DNA from: Marsupella aquatica
Lineage: Eukaryota; Plantae; Marchantiophyta
Direction of reading: 5' to 3'
Assembly (NCBI GenBank): GCA_973895155.1
Contig: OZ316893.1
Location: forward strand, 20,526,857 to 20,590,856
DNA length: 64,000 nt
Part shown: positions 12,217 through 25,270 of the stretch, piece after piece
Position numbering within the stretch: position 1 is the stretch's first letter
How the letters are laid out: every line of letters starts with the position of its first letter
Translations under genes and position numbers: made by a program
Notes under the pieces: generated by a model
The model's input: the letters and a program-made list of their open reading frames with translations, nothing else
Databases searched by the model: none
What the model was told of the DNA's origin: nothing

Positions 12217-13047
12217 AGCCGACTAGTTATCATTTGTGTTCTCTTGGCAGATATGGATTGTAGGTAGGTGATCGATGGGGCTCACTTGCACTCGGCCTCC
12301 TGATCTTCACACCTAAAAAGGTGTATATCAACGTTGTAGAACTCATGGCTAGCTAGAGTTAGGGGACCTTACTCCCAACTAGGGGGGCGATTGTGGGTTT
12401 TGGACATGTGTGGACATGAGTTCCACTTGTATTCCATTCTCTTGTGTTTGTGATGTGGCAGTATGACTATGTTTGGATGTATGTGACAAGCGATGTATGT
12501 TGTGTAGCAATGTGTATGCGCACGACAAAGCAATCAAAGGTGCAGCTGGGTCCAGTCAACCCTTTCTGCACTGAGGTGGCAAGGTGAGAGGCCAGATTCC
12601 CCGAGCGCTGCAACTGTTTCGTGATTTCCTAGTCGAGTGATCATTTGTTAAGATGATTTGCTTTGTGCTTGGATTTAGTTTTATAGTCTGTTTGTGGGAG
12701 GTTGGTCAAATTTTTGACAAGAAAAAATCTGATTGAGCAATGGAGATTTAATTGCTTCGTGGTCTACGGGGAAGTCTAGTCTACCAAGAAAATAGTGGAA
12801 TCGAGCCAATTCATGAATCTGCAGGCTAGATAGCAATATTACTACAGTATCAGTTCAAAACATCCAAGCTTCAATGATGGTGAATGACATGGAATTCAGT
12901 CTACAGAGAAAGTAGGAAACTTGGGAATCAAGGGCCAATTCACTAATCCACAGGTTAGGTAGCAAATTTTTTTCTAGGATGAGTTTGGAGACAATCGCGG
13001 AACTCGACTACCTTAAAACTTAGCTTTGGCATCGCTGACTCCGACGC

Positions 13048-14416
13048 TGTCGTGATAATTCAATTATTCATGATGAAATCATTACCACTAAGTATATAAG
13101 TAAGTATATAGGTTAGCTTTATATATTGTTACGGGGTAACTAAATAATTTGACTATTATGTATGTGCATGCAAGGTAAGCAACTATGCAAACCACAAGAT
13201 GCATGTGCAAATTGTTTTATTTGCATGCAATAGTCATTTTATGTGCATGCAAGATGAGCAAATGTGCAAGCCACAAGGTGCATGCACAAATTATTTTAGG
13301 TGCATGCAAATTGTTTTATTTGCATGCATTAGTTATTTTATGTGCATGTAAGGTGAGCAAATGTGCAAGTCACAAGGTGCATGCACAAATTATTTTAGAT
13401 GCATGCAAATTATTTTAGGTGCATGCAAATTATTTTAGGTGCATGCATTAGTTGTATTATGCGCATGCAAGGTGAGCAAATGTGCAAGCCACAAGGTGCA
13501 TGCATGCACAAATTGTTTTAGGTGCTTGCATTAGTTGTTTTACTTGCATGCATTATTTGTTTTGATTGCAATAGTACTAGCACACATTCCTACGTTGGAT
13601 GTGTGTCACTTGGCTTTCATCCAAGCGTTTGGGCGTAATCCATGCCCTCTTGGATTCAATATAAATAAAGTGGTGAGAGACACTCTCTCCTCATTCTCAC
13701 ATTTTGATAATTTTTGCGTCGAAGCGATCCTCTTTTCTTCTCTCATCTTTTTCTTCTATTCTTTGCCTTATGTACATAGTAGTGGGGCATCATTTGGCCC
13801 GGATAGCAAAGGAATGAGTGATAAACTTATAGATGGGATCTTAGGGAACAACGTCTCTTTGAGAACTTAGGGGTGAGACATCTTTTGGCCCGGATAGCAA
13901 AGGAATAAGAGAGTCATTATGAATCCAGGAAGGAGAGATATCCATAATTTTTCCTTTCGTAACCCATTTTTGGTTAGAGTCTATCTTTTAGACAAACTAT
14001 CCATGAGGCAACATTTAACTTATCACTTTGGAGCTCAATTGTAGCTGTTGTTATGAGTTCTAATGAACCAATAATATACCCAGTAGTATCTTATCAAGAG
14101 GAGTGTGAGTGCATTATCTTTGTCCTTTATTGAAGTTATGGATCTAAATAGGAGTCCAAATAATATTCCTATTTCATTTTCTCTTGGAGATATTAGGATT
14201 ATATGTCGTAAAAAAATTAGTTTCCGAGATGTGTTAATTCGCAAATATGGTGAAGTAAAATTTAATAGTATATTAATTTCACCTAAACCTTTCTTAATAT
14301 TCATCACCCTTTTTACAAGAATTATCATTTTGGTTTTAGTGTAAAACTTATGAGCATGCAAGGTTGACTTCATAAGAGCTAACATGCTCTTATCAGAAAA
14401 CACGGTCACCCGGACA
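13048..14416 (+). mobile_element. Isolated, more diverged LTR of the same family as 35607-44696
   Basis: TGTCGTGATAATT...CACCCGGACA, colinear with the other two LTRs; followed by taagtggtgagaatgctagg, resembling the PBS region; flanks gacgc/taagt do not form a TSD. Confidence 0.9.
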
Positions 14417-14559
14417 TAAGTGGTGAGAATGCTAGGTGGCAAGGTCCACCACTGAGACTCAGGGAGTTATGAAATCTTGGAAACCAGAATTGAAGTGCCA
14501 GAAGTGGTGTTTCCAATGGTGAAACATTTAAATAAGCGAAAGTTGAAGATCAATTGTAG

Positions 14560-15000
14560 GGGCTATTTTTGTCTCTACAATAGTAGAGAATCGAGGGTCA
14601 ATTCTAGAAAATGTCAAATGCAAAGGACCCAGGAACTACAGTAGAATTGAAGAGCCAACCCACACTTTCTGGAGTTAGTTATAATCTCTAGGGGAGCTGG
14701 GAATTGAGGGCCAAGTCTCAGAAGCAGATTCTATGGGAGCTACAGTAGAATTGAAAAACCAACCCACACTTTCTGGAGTTGGTTTATAATGTCTTGGTTG
14801 AGCTGGGCATTTATGGCCAAGTCTTAGAAGCAAAATTCTAAGGGAACTGAAATTCAAGAGCTAACTGAACATTTTGGAGTTGGTTTAGAATCTCTAGAGG
14901 AGCTGGAAATTGTGGGCCAATTCTCTGAACCCAAAGTCAAGGGACCCAGAACTACAATCAAAAGGCCATCCGCACAATTTCTGTACTGGATTTTGGAGTT
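14560..15000. repeat. Degenerate tandem repeat (ctacagtagaattgaa / ttctggagtt / gaattgagggccaa)
   Basis: ~110-bp unit repeated 3-4 times; related gaatc-agggccaatt motifs also at 12795-12945. Confidence 0.6.
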
Positions 15001-17752
15001 TTAATTTTTAATTTTTTTGTGTGGATTTTGGACTTACTGTAGGGGATGTATTGCATTAACCTGAAAGAAGCGACCATTATAGTTTTTGTAAGAGTTGTTT
15101 AGTCCCTTATGTGAGTCACTACAAGAACTTTCCTCAATGGTCACTTCAACTTGGAGGTCAATCCAACAGTGTTGGCATACTAATGTGCCAGAGCTCTAGG
15201 GGCTCTTTTGGAAGTGATTTAGAAGCACTTGCTATTAGGACTACCCTAGGCAATAAAATAGAGTCACTAGATTGAAATTGACCATAATTATTGAAATGGA
15301 AAACATAGACATATTCAAACCATGCTAGACTTGACTGAGGTCAAACATTGAACTCATTAATTTGACAGTAAGTCTAGTACAATAGAACTCAGAAGGCCAA
15401 TCATACATGCAAGGGGATCTCCTCACACAAGCGGGGTTGCATCTTTGACTGTAGTATGGATGAGGTCCAATACACTAAACAATACAACTGGAACAATTAT
15501 GGTTTCCATTTTCTATACTCCACAGACCTTTTCAGTTGATTCACAACAATAATGTGTCGTTCTCATCTTAGGCTCTAATAGGCAGCAGAAAGGGTCCACA
15601 AACTAATGTTACTTTTAGTTTGTTTGAAACTGAGAGATAGATATTTTTTTAAACTGGCAAGAAAACAAAAGACACCCAACCAGGAAACATGATCACGAGG
15701 GCAAAAAACCCAATCAAAAAGAGTCTACAAAAACACCAAAAGGCAATAGGATGTGCCTTCATACATCTGCCGGGAACATTCTGCCAGATAACTTCAGCAC
15801 TAACATTTACATTGCATCCTTGGAGACCTCACTAGTCTCCCGAGAGTAATTGCTCCCCCAAAATGCACTTCCTGACAGTTCTCATTGATGCTCTTGCCCA
15901 GGCAAACAAATAAAATTTATCACTCTTTCGAATCCAATCTCATTCTGCAGGATAAATTTATTCTGTGTATGCATTCCATCTTCCATTTTTGGACTCCAAG
16001 AAAATGCCCCAAATTATCTTTGTTCACACTCCATCTTTCAATATTGGACTTCTACAAGAAAGTGCAGTCACTTTATCTCTCTTCACATTCTATCTTGCAC
16101 TCTTGGACTTCTGCAAGAAAGTTCAATATTATGACTCTTCGCACTCAAACTCAATTTTGCCAACGGCCGCAATAAAGTTTTCATTTTGTGTATTGCAAGG
16201 AAGTTGGTGATTTTATTCAATTATTCATAAGGTTTTGCCATTCTTTTCTGTTCCCCCACCATTTTTCCCCATTATGAGTCTCATACAATATATATTACAT
16301 TGCCAAAGAACAAACTCTGTCACACTCTGGGAGACAAGATCCCTAAGGCAGGGACCCAAAACAACGGAGAAATTAAGGGCAACCACAGGAAGATCAAAGA
16401 GCCAAAAAAAGAGCCAAAAAAAGAGCCTGACATAATGACAAAGGAACTAGAGCCCTACTCTGTAGTAAATTGAAAAGCCTGGCTAAGCAACTGATTACAC
16501 GCCACCAGAGGTTCGAGAAGCAGAATTTGTTTAGAGGCCCTAGAACCGACAGCCTCCAGCCCTCCACAGAGTAGTCAATGTCTAAGCTGTGAATGTCTAA
16601 GCCCTCTAGTGCAACAAACCTACATGAAAGGGTCACAAAAGGAAGTTGTCTAGAGGCCCTAAAACAAACAATCTTGACCCCCCATAGAATTGTGAAGGCC
16701 TGAGGCCTTTGCAGTGCCCTTTGTAGTGCAACAACCCACACTTGTATACCCCTACTGTAGTCATTTCTGTCCAATTTTCATGACACTTTGGATAAGAGAA
16801 GTTGAAGAGCTGATAGACTGAGCACTTGAACCTCACACCCCTAATGTGGGAGTGGTAAAAGACAAATGACTGCGCCCTTGACGAATTTTGAATTACTTTA
16901 ACTGCGGTCCAGAACTCAAGTCACTCCTTAGCAGCAGTCTGGTCCGTCCTTCCAGGGGGCGTACGCGTACCTCGCGCATCTTTCTTCGCTGGCTGCTCTG
17001 AGACTGTAGCATGGGATAATTGGGGCAGAAAGCTCCCAAAGTGTGGGAAAGAAAGAAAGAAAGAGCAGGAAGTCAAATGTCATGCACAAACCTTGCCAGC
17101 GCTTCGAGAAGGCAGGACGAGGAGGAGGCTGGCAAAACTTTCCCCTATTTGAGAACTTGCAGAAGCATTTAGAAGGAAAATATCAATAACTGTTACCATC
17201 ACTAAAAAGGGCTACAATTCCCACCCTTGGAAATTAGGACAAACCATGTTTGGATGGGATCCCTTCGGTATTATTTCTTTGGACTGTTGGCCTTGACAGT
17301 TCCGTCAAAGGACACACTAAACAATCACATTCCTCAGTTCTCCAACTACAATAGGTTAGTTAAACCAACAACATAACCTGTGAGGAGCTCTAGAAGTAAA
17401 TTATTTGCTTGATATGAAAAAATTTGGTCTGGGTTTGATACCTGATACCCTCCGACTCCGGTGCCACCTGTGTACTATACTCACCTTGCTCCCTCTCCTA
17501 CCCTGTTTCTCCTGTTTCCCAATCCGTGACTCCTGCATGCTAAAAAGAATCAGTCTCCTTGGTTAAAATCTACCAATTCGTCGTCCTTGTAATGTTCATA
17601 AAGAAGGATCCGCTGGAGTATGGCTATGCCAAGTATGACTATGCCACTCGCATCCCATCTACGCTGCCGTCCCCCAAGAATCGCCTGAAAGGAAGCTCTT
17701 GGCTGAGAAAATCAGCGCTCAATCTATTGACATTAGTGGAAGAAAAGCCCTA

Positions 17753-20700
17753 CTAGACTCTTCTGATAGTGCGAGCTGCTATAACTACTGTAGCAGAACA
17801 AACACCAATGGCTAAGGCAAGTGCTACAGTAGCAACCCCAGATTCATTTGTTTTCATATTCCCAAACCAACAGCTGTTCCTCCTTTCAAAGGCTTTCTGC
17901 TTTTGCTGTTGAGAGTGAGCAAAACTGTCTCGCACAATATTACTCAGAACATCAAGTTGAGTGGTTATCTGCCGCTGACTTCGTGCCAACATCCGTACCT
18001 GCAGAAAAAATTAAGGATAACTTAAGCCAATACTTCGTAGTAAGATTCATGGCAATGAATTTACTCTACTCGTGTACAACCCATCTTAGTGACTCACCAC
18101 AAGTAAACGAAAGAAAACTGTCCAAATCAGAGAAACTCTCCCTCCCAAAGGATCACAAGTGGTTCCGCTCTTCTCATTGCCTTGTATCAAAGCACACATC
18201 ACTGAAAAGGCTGGTTCAAATAAAGTAATATGGCAATTTTTTTCGTTTGATTCTCAGATCTGACAATAACGAAGCAGCGCAAGTGTGCACACCATATATC
18301 ACTAAAACACTGACAATGTACAGAGTCATAAAAGAAGAAAAGATGGCACCAAAAGAAATCACGACAATGGCCATCTTTTTCAAATCAAATTACACGTTCA
18401 AACGATAGTGAGACTGATGGTTACCTCTTCAACTAAAGCTGAATCTGCGGGGGTACTATTGGAAGCAGTATTTCCGTTTGGAACTCCATTGGCATAAATG
18501 CAATTGCTTCCAAAAGAGCCAACTGGGGCTGTGCTTGATGCTACAAAAGAATTTGTCCGCACAACACTTGACGTACTAGGAATTTTCGACTCAATTTCTC
18601 CTAATCGCGACACTACTTCATCCAACCGCTCAGTGACCCCAGCCAACTGTTCTGCTATCTTCTGGTAAGCCTGAATGTCCATATCAGCATTTGGAGCATT
18701 AAAACGTAGGTCAGACCTGATAGTAGCAAACATCTATCCATCTGGTATAAAAAATACGAATTCAATCACAATCACTATAATCCAGTCATACCCCGATCCT
18801 TCATTAGAGTCAGGGATGCTATGAACAGTATCATGTGGTACTGTCCCTATATCTACACACAGCAAAATGAGCCTTCAGATAGTAGGGAGAAATGCACCTG
18901 ATCCCCGACGTACGATGCAGGTGAGTCGGGCACTCTGTCATCAAAACGCTGATTGTTGTGATTGGCCAGGGTGACTTTCAAAGCAGCAATTCGATTTGGA
19001 CGTTGTTGTTCGGGCTCGGGGCGCTGGGAACTTTCCAACACCACAGTCAAGACCGGCAATTAGACATCTGTAGGCATAACCGAAATTTCCTTAAAGTAGA
19101 ACATTGTCTTAATCAAACATGCACTTTTCTGGATCCATGAGCTTTCTTTCAACAACGGGTGACGGCACAAGTTCTATGATTAGGCACTGAATCAAGAAGT
19201 GACGGCACAAGTTGAGTATAAAACACAGAGGAGTTCCTAATCTTGCAAACGAAAGAATGAAGAACCCTCACCTTGTGTTAATATCCTTGGGACCATTTTG
19301 ACTCCAGCTGAGACTGTCCAATGAAACAATAATAAGGATGAACATCTAGCTAGACTGAGAGTAGCTTGTGTCATCTTTGGCATAAGATTGAATCTTCACT
19401 GCCTATATGAACTACAGTCGAACCTCTTGCCAAAATCAGTATATATTCACCTTCTACTGTATAAGCTTCGTGCACCAGGCCTCACATCTTGAAGCCATGA
19501 AAATGAAGGCAATGGGCTCGCAATCATGTCCTCGGTGAGGGACAATTTATCCTTCAAATCTTCTGGCAGAGCCTGCACGCATGACGAACATGTTTCGTGA
19601 TACCGTACTAGGGAAACACAGCTATAACGTTCTACCCTTAGATCTGGATTACCACCACGTTTGAATCTCGAAAACTTGGGACCCATTTTCTGCCAGAAAA
19701 ATGTTATCTCAATGTGGGTTGGAAAGAAGTTACAACAAACTGATGCAAAGGGGGTAAATACCGTGACTTCAGCTGTGAGCTTTTCAAGTTGAATCTGTTC
19801 TATGTAAGAACGAGGAACGTATGTTCCATCCAATCCAAGCTTCTTTGCGACCTCTCCAACAGTCAGCCTGTCCTTTCCTTGTACCTGTTACAGAAATTTC
19901 TCTCGGTTGAATTCTTTCTATCAAATGAAACGAATTCTAGCACGCAACCATCTCTTGATTGATGACAAGACTAACCTCAAATGAAGTTAGAAAACAAAAC
20001 GAGCACCCGGTATCAAAAATGGCCCAGTTAGGTTGAAAGCTGGCTATGTCCATGCAAGCTACACAAGCTTCCTCTAGAAAAAATCCAACTGAGGTGGGAG
20101 AAAGAAGTTGCTCATATTTTGATCGCAGCCCAACCTGTATGTACTTGCGCTGCAACTGTTCGAGCTGATCAATTTTCACAACAACTTTCTCATCTGAAAA
20201 AACTTGACTGCTTCTCTTCAAAATTGTCGCAATTTCATATCCAAGAGCCATGAGGCCCCCAAGAAGCCGGACACTAACTTCAAAGGTGATCCGCGGGGAT
20301 ATAATGAAGGGATTGTCGGTGACCCATTCCTGTAGAGATTGCCAAAAAACACAACAGAGGTCAACTAACACGGTCTAGATGCACAACTTATGTGACAACT
20401 AACCAAAATAACCCTTCGTAGCCGACAACGGGCTCTCCTGTCAAAACATAAAGAGATCGTAGACTACTTAAACAGTGGAGGGGTTACTTTGTTATTTTCA
20501 AACTTGAGCCACTCTCTTCATTTTCATCAACTTGGTGGTACTTTGTTCATCTTTTGCCTTTCTAATCAAGAACCACAGCTACCCACAATAAAAAAACACA
20601 AATACGTAGCATTTGCAGTTACAAGTTTTTAGGCTATCTGACTGAGCTGAAGTATTGCGAGCTAAGCAATCCCCATTCCAAATGCCGCAGGTGGTATTGA

Positions 20701-22976
20701 CTGGGAACTCAAAGTACTCTTTTTGAGCAGCTGACATACCACAGATAGATGTACGAACTGCCAGCTCTAAGTTTAAGAGACACGAAGTGAAATGAACGAT
20801 GAAATGCCCATAAAGTACCCCACCTCAAACATGAGACTGTATTTTCCATCCCGATTCCGCATCCTCAGATAGGATTGACATGTTTCTGGGTCTTCACCGG
20901 GTGGCAGAAGATAGATGTCGTACGTTTCTTCGTTGGTGACTGCATAATCACTGCCAAGTGCTTCACGAATTTGATCTTCAGATACCACCCTTGCAGACTG
21001 TATTACACCAATCTATAAATTAGTATTTTCCAATGGCAGAAGGATTAAGTTCGTCGAGCACTAGTCCTCTGAAGATTAGACATAATGAAAATCACACGAA
21101 CGGCCACTCTTCAAGTGCTCTCAGTCTCAGTTATCTCGTTTTTATATCCAATTGTATATGCTGCAATGGAACGCTATCCCTTGAGCTCAAGAAGACCCAA
21201 TGGACACCCATCCACGGGTGCACGTCATGCGAAATGTAACAATTGCTCCCAATATGTTAAGATGGAACTAAGTGTGACCTAGACAATCCCTTGGAAGAAA
21301 AAGCAATGGCAATCGATGAAGACTCCATGTACATCAAGCAAGATGTATGGCGGTTTCTGACTATTGTCTGGGGTAATACCTTCAGAATATAAGTTGCACT
21401 TTGGAACCCAGAGAAAGGGTTGAACTTGTTGACGATCTTTATGTGTGCCGTCTGCAGATCTGGTTCTATATAAGCTTTATACATGGGATACACCTGCACG
21501 GATTGTTATAATCATGTTATAAATCTCCAATCTTCGCGCCGGGCACATTTTCGTAGAGATTCGCCCTGGCGTCTATGGTTCCCACTAGAGCCTGGATTGG
21601 CAGTTGCTACCTGTTCAATGATAATACTAGCTTTCGGATTTCATTTTCACGAAACTCTAAGATTTTCACCTTGTCTACTGCTAGACGAAGCTGTCTGACG
21701 CTAGCAGTATCCAAGAGTGCATCATTGGCACGAAGATAACAAACTCACTGTTTCAGAAATTTGATGTATGATGTCTTCAGGTGCTTGTCCGGACCGATTA
21801 ATGTCCCGCAGGACCCTTTTGACGAGATCAAAATGAACACCTCCAGTGACAGAAACTCTTAGATCGAGGAGAGGCCTCAACCTTTCACTCAAAGCGTAAA
21901 TACCTTCGATGATCACTACCCTCGAAGTAGGGAATTCCACTGTCCTGTAAAACCGAGTGTCGATATATGTATCAACCAGGCTTGTATCAGTCGGCATAAA
22001 AATGGTGAAAGAAAAGAAGACTGTTTCTGGGACCAGACTAGTGCCAAAGCAGTGATCTGCGAGCAAAAACTTGAGTGCCGCAAGTACGGCCTACCAGTTC
22101 GTAGACGTCGTCTGATGCACAATTTCATAATAGGTCTAACAGAATACCTTCGGAATCAAGATGTTTGACGGCAGAGTCCATTACCACATGTTTGAAACGG
22201 ACGAGCAGAAAGAGTGCACTTACTTGTAACCAACGCGCTTACTCGTTTTAAAATCATAGATTGGCACTTGAGCAGGTTTCCCATCCCTTAGGTCGCGAAC
22301 GTTGTTCAGAAGGGTGTCATAGTCCGTCAGTCTTGGATCTGCGTAACCCGTGCAACAATTAGCGAGTTGATGAAATAGTCGGTCTCCCGGACACTCATTA
22401 GTAAAATAGGCTAAAGTTGAATTTTTCGGAAACACCGAATTGAGACGGGGACACAATGGTGCGGCATGACTTGTGAGAACACTACCGACAGAAGAAAATC
22501 AGCTCAAAGTCGAGCATTTCTCCACTCTATGGTTTATCTTATGGAGATCATTTGTGAACTTATCTGCAACGTTTTATAACATACACCATCAAGTACTTAC
22601 TGCCCTGCGGGAAGAAATGACAAATGACAAGAGCGCGCTTACCGTCATAGTTGCCATCCACCAGACGGCTAGCATCATTGTAATTGTCCATAGAAATCAT
22701 GGCAATGCCTGGCATGAAATTGCTGACCTTCTCTGTGAAAACTGTTTTCCCAGCACCAGAAGGACCTGCCAGCCCGACGACAACGACTCCCGCCGTATTT
22801 TGTGTGAGCAGTTGCATCGCACGAATGAATAAGAAAAACCCCTTATCGAAAGACAGCGGATCGGGAATCGAGGCAATTTCATAGCGATCGATGTCTTTCC
22901 GCTTCACGAGATGCAATTGATGTTTTAAGAGGCCGGATCTTCTCATACTGGAGGAATTCTTTAATGCGACGTCCAT
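17753..22976 (-). CDS. TTM: TTM1/TTM2-like triphosphate tunnel metalloenzyme (uridine kinase + CYTH domains, C-terminal membrane anchor), ~12 exons
   Basis: Exons with GT-AG: 22976-22643, 22338-22224, 21944-21749, 21493-21380, 20997-20824, 20329-20135, 19884-19762, 19572-19451, probable 19313-19272, ~19040-18898, ~18675-18425, ~17998-17753. Motifs GPSGAGKT, EETYDIYL, YLRMRNRDGKY, YIEQIQLEKL; hydrophobic tail VATVALALAIGV. 3' exon edges approximate. Confidence 0.92.
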
Positions 22977-24504
22977 TCTTTCTTTATTGAGCAGTGGCAG
23001 GGAGGATCAGGAGCAATTACGAGATGATATACTCCGAGTCACGGCCTCTAAATGACAGCAGATGTCCAGGCAGAGGCAGGACAGTAAAGTTCCGAGTTCA
23101 CACGATGTCACTTTTCAAAACGGCTGAACCCACACGACCTAAATCTCATGGCAGCGGCCCCTGGGGTTGCACAAAACGCATCTCGCACGGTAAGTTGGCG
23201 CATCAATTGCTACCAGGGCAATTCACCATCGGCATCATTATCTTTCGCTCCGATGATACCGTATGATGGAATCCACTTGACAACCTGCCTTCTAAATGAG
23301 AATCTCCGAAGAGAAACTACTGCCTTCATAAACAATCCAATTTCCCGTGCAAGGCTGAGGCTAACCAAGTCACCGCGACGAAAATCTGATTCAATTGTAC
23401 TGAGTGTAATGTCCCGCTCCCCTGGCGTCAGATAGCAATGGGAAGCCGGGGACAGCTTAAGTGCTCCGAATCTTGTCGTACTTCTGTGCAGCCTGCGCAG
23501 AATATGAGAAATGACGCACCACCGGTACGACGATGCACGAGAGAGGGAAGCTACTCGCCACATAACCATTCAACAACGGCCTTTACACGGAATCCCGGAT
23601 GCCATACCATACGTTAGAGGACACAAGTTTCCAAAGCAGGCCGAGTCATCAGCAATTCTTTCGCCCGGCCAAAGAAGCCCACCGCAGTGTGATCCATCAC
23701 GACCGCGCAGAGCAGAATGCCGTGTACAAAAGCTCAAGCACGAAGTTTCTGCGAGCAGCTCCGTAGAGGCGGAGCGGTGGTCGCGGTAGCCATCAACAAG
23801 CATGTTGCTCTCGTAAGCTGTAATCCATCCTCGAGTGCATTACAACCGTGACGGAGTATCAGTATCATCATCTTTGACTCCTGATCAACGAAACAGACTG
23901 ACTGCTCACTTCATCCAAATTTCATCCTCCAATTTCGTTCCCAGCTTGAGGACGAATGTGGACTCCACAAACACAACTCAAAGTCAGCTTGCTGACAAAT
24001 GTTAAGACTCCACACCAAACGAACCAACGCAAGTCCTCACAGCTCTGCTGCCGAATTACGACTCCACACGACTCACCTCAAATCCCGCGGGCTGCTCACG
24101 AATAAAAAACTCTACACGACACAACTGAAAGCCAAATCGCTCACCACGCTACGCAACGCAAAGCTACGCTTGGTCACTCTCCCGCCTGTATGAGTACGTC
24201 ATGTGCACAATTCCGTTCTTCCAGCTTTTTCGTCACTTGCCCGGATTCGCTTCTCTGGGCGTCATCAGCATCTCTCATTTTTGCGTTGTTCTGCAGAGAC
24301 CAAAAGACCAAAAGACCGCAGAATCTCGATCGGGCCCCAACAATGATCATTGCTCTGCTCCGATCCCCTCAGGCCGTCTTCCGCAAGTCCATTCCACCGC
24401 CCATCTGCCACAACCACCATCGCTCGTCATGCATATAAAGCTCCGCCGCTAAAACTTCGTGGAGCATGGGACCCTGCGTAAATTAGCGGAGCGCGAGTTC
24501 CACT

Positions 24505-25270
24505 TCTAGGATTAGTTTAGCACTAGTCTCATTAGTTTGATTACCCCTTAACTTAAACCACACCTCCACTATAAAAGCCTCATTCCATGTCTCATGTCTC
24601 ATTACTCACGTTAAAGGTGGAATGCTAGCATCTTTTATGGAATATTTGTCAAAAAAATTGCACTTAGCACCTTTTGTGGAGTTCAAAATACATTTTTGAA
24701 CAATTTCTCTTCACAATGAAAGCTACTGTTACCCATAGCCCTTTATAAGGACAGGTGTGGTTTAAATAGTTAGCAAGTACATTTCTAGGATTAGTTTAGG
24801 ATTAATCTAACACTAGTCTGATTACCCCTTAACTTAAATAGTTAAATAGATAGGGCATCTCAAACCAACTCATTCCTGGAGACTTCCTTTGACTTGAATG
24901 GTGCACGCCAGGTCAGAGACCAAAAATATTTGGTTTCCGCAAAAGGGGCTCATTCCTGGAGACTTCCTTTGACTGAAATGGTGCGCACCAGGTCACAGAC
25001 CAAAAACATTTGGTTTCCACAGAAGGTGATTGTCACTAACTTGGGCAGTCAATGCACCCTCATGTGCATCAACAGTTGCCTCGTGCAATATGAGTTGGCG
25101 CCCTTTGAAAATTGTTGCCACCCTTCAAGGGATTATCAGTGACCATTCAAAATTTGTCGGTGCCCGGTTGACCTACGGGAACATGTTGAAACACATCTCA
25201 AACTTGAAACCCACTGTGGATTAAGTTGACCCAAAAGTTCCACTGTGGATTAAGTTGACCCAAAAGTTGG
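24505..25270. repeat. Cluster of short local duplications upstream of TTM
   Basis: tctaggattagtttag...ttacccctt at ~24505 and ~24784; ~80-bp tandem ctcattcctggagacttcctttgact x2 (24869-25020); 29-bp ccactgtggattaagttgacccaaaagtt x2. Confidence 0.7.

Larger units (their letters stand above)
3348..12391 (+). mobile_element. Decayed Ty3/gypsy LTR retrotransposon encoding gag-PR-DNMT-RT-RH-INT-PHD (5' boundary uncertain)
   Basis: Domain order PR-RT-RH-INT is gypsy-type; PPT aggggggcga at 12381-12390 followed by TG; no matching LTR pair found by eye. Confidence 0.88.

Noticed and set aside
15640-16850. Possible LINE or other TE remnant on the minus strand
   Set aside because: No diagnostic motif or boundaries could be identified
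22994-24452. Overlapping 60-120 aa ORFs upstream of TTM
   Set aside because: No recognisable motifs; more likely GC-richer 5' UTR/promoter sequence
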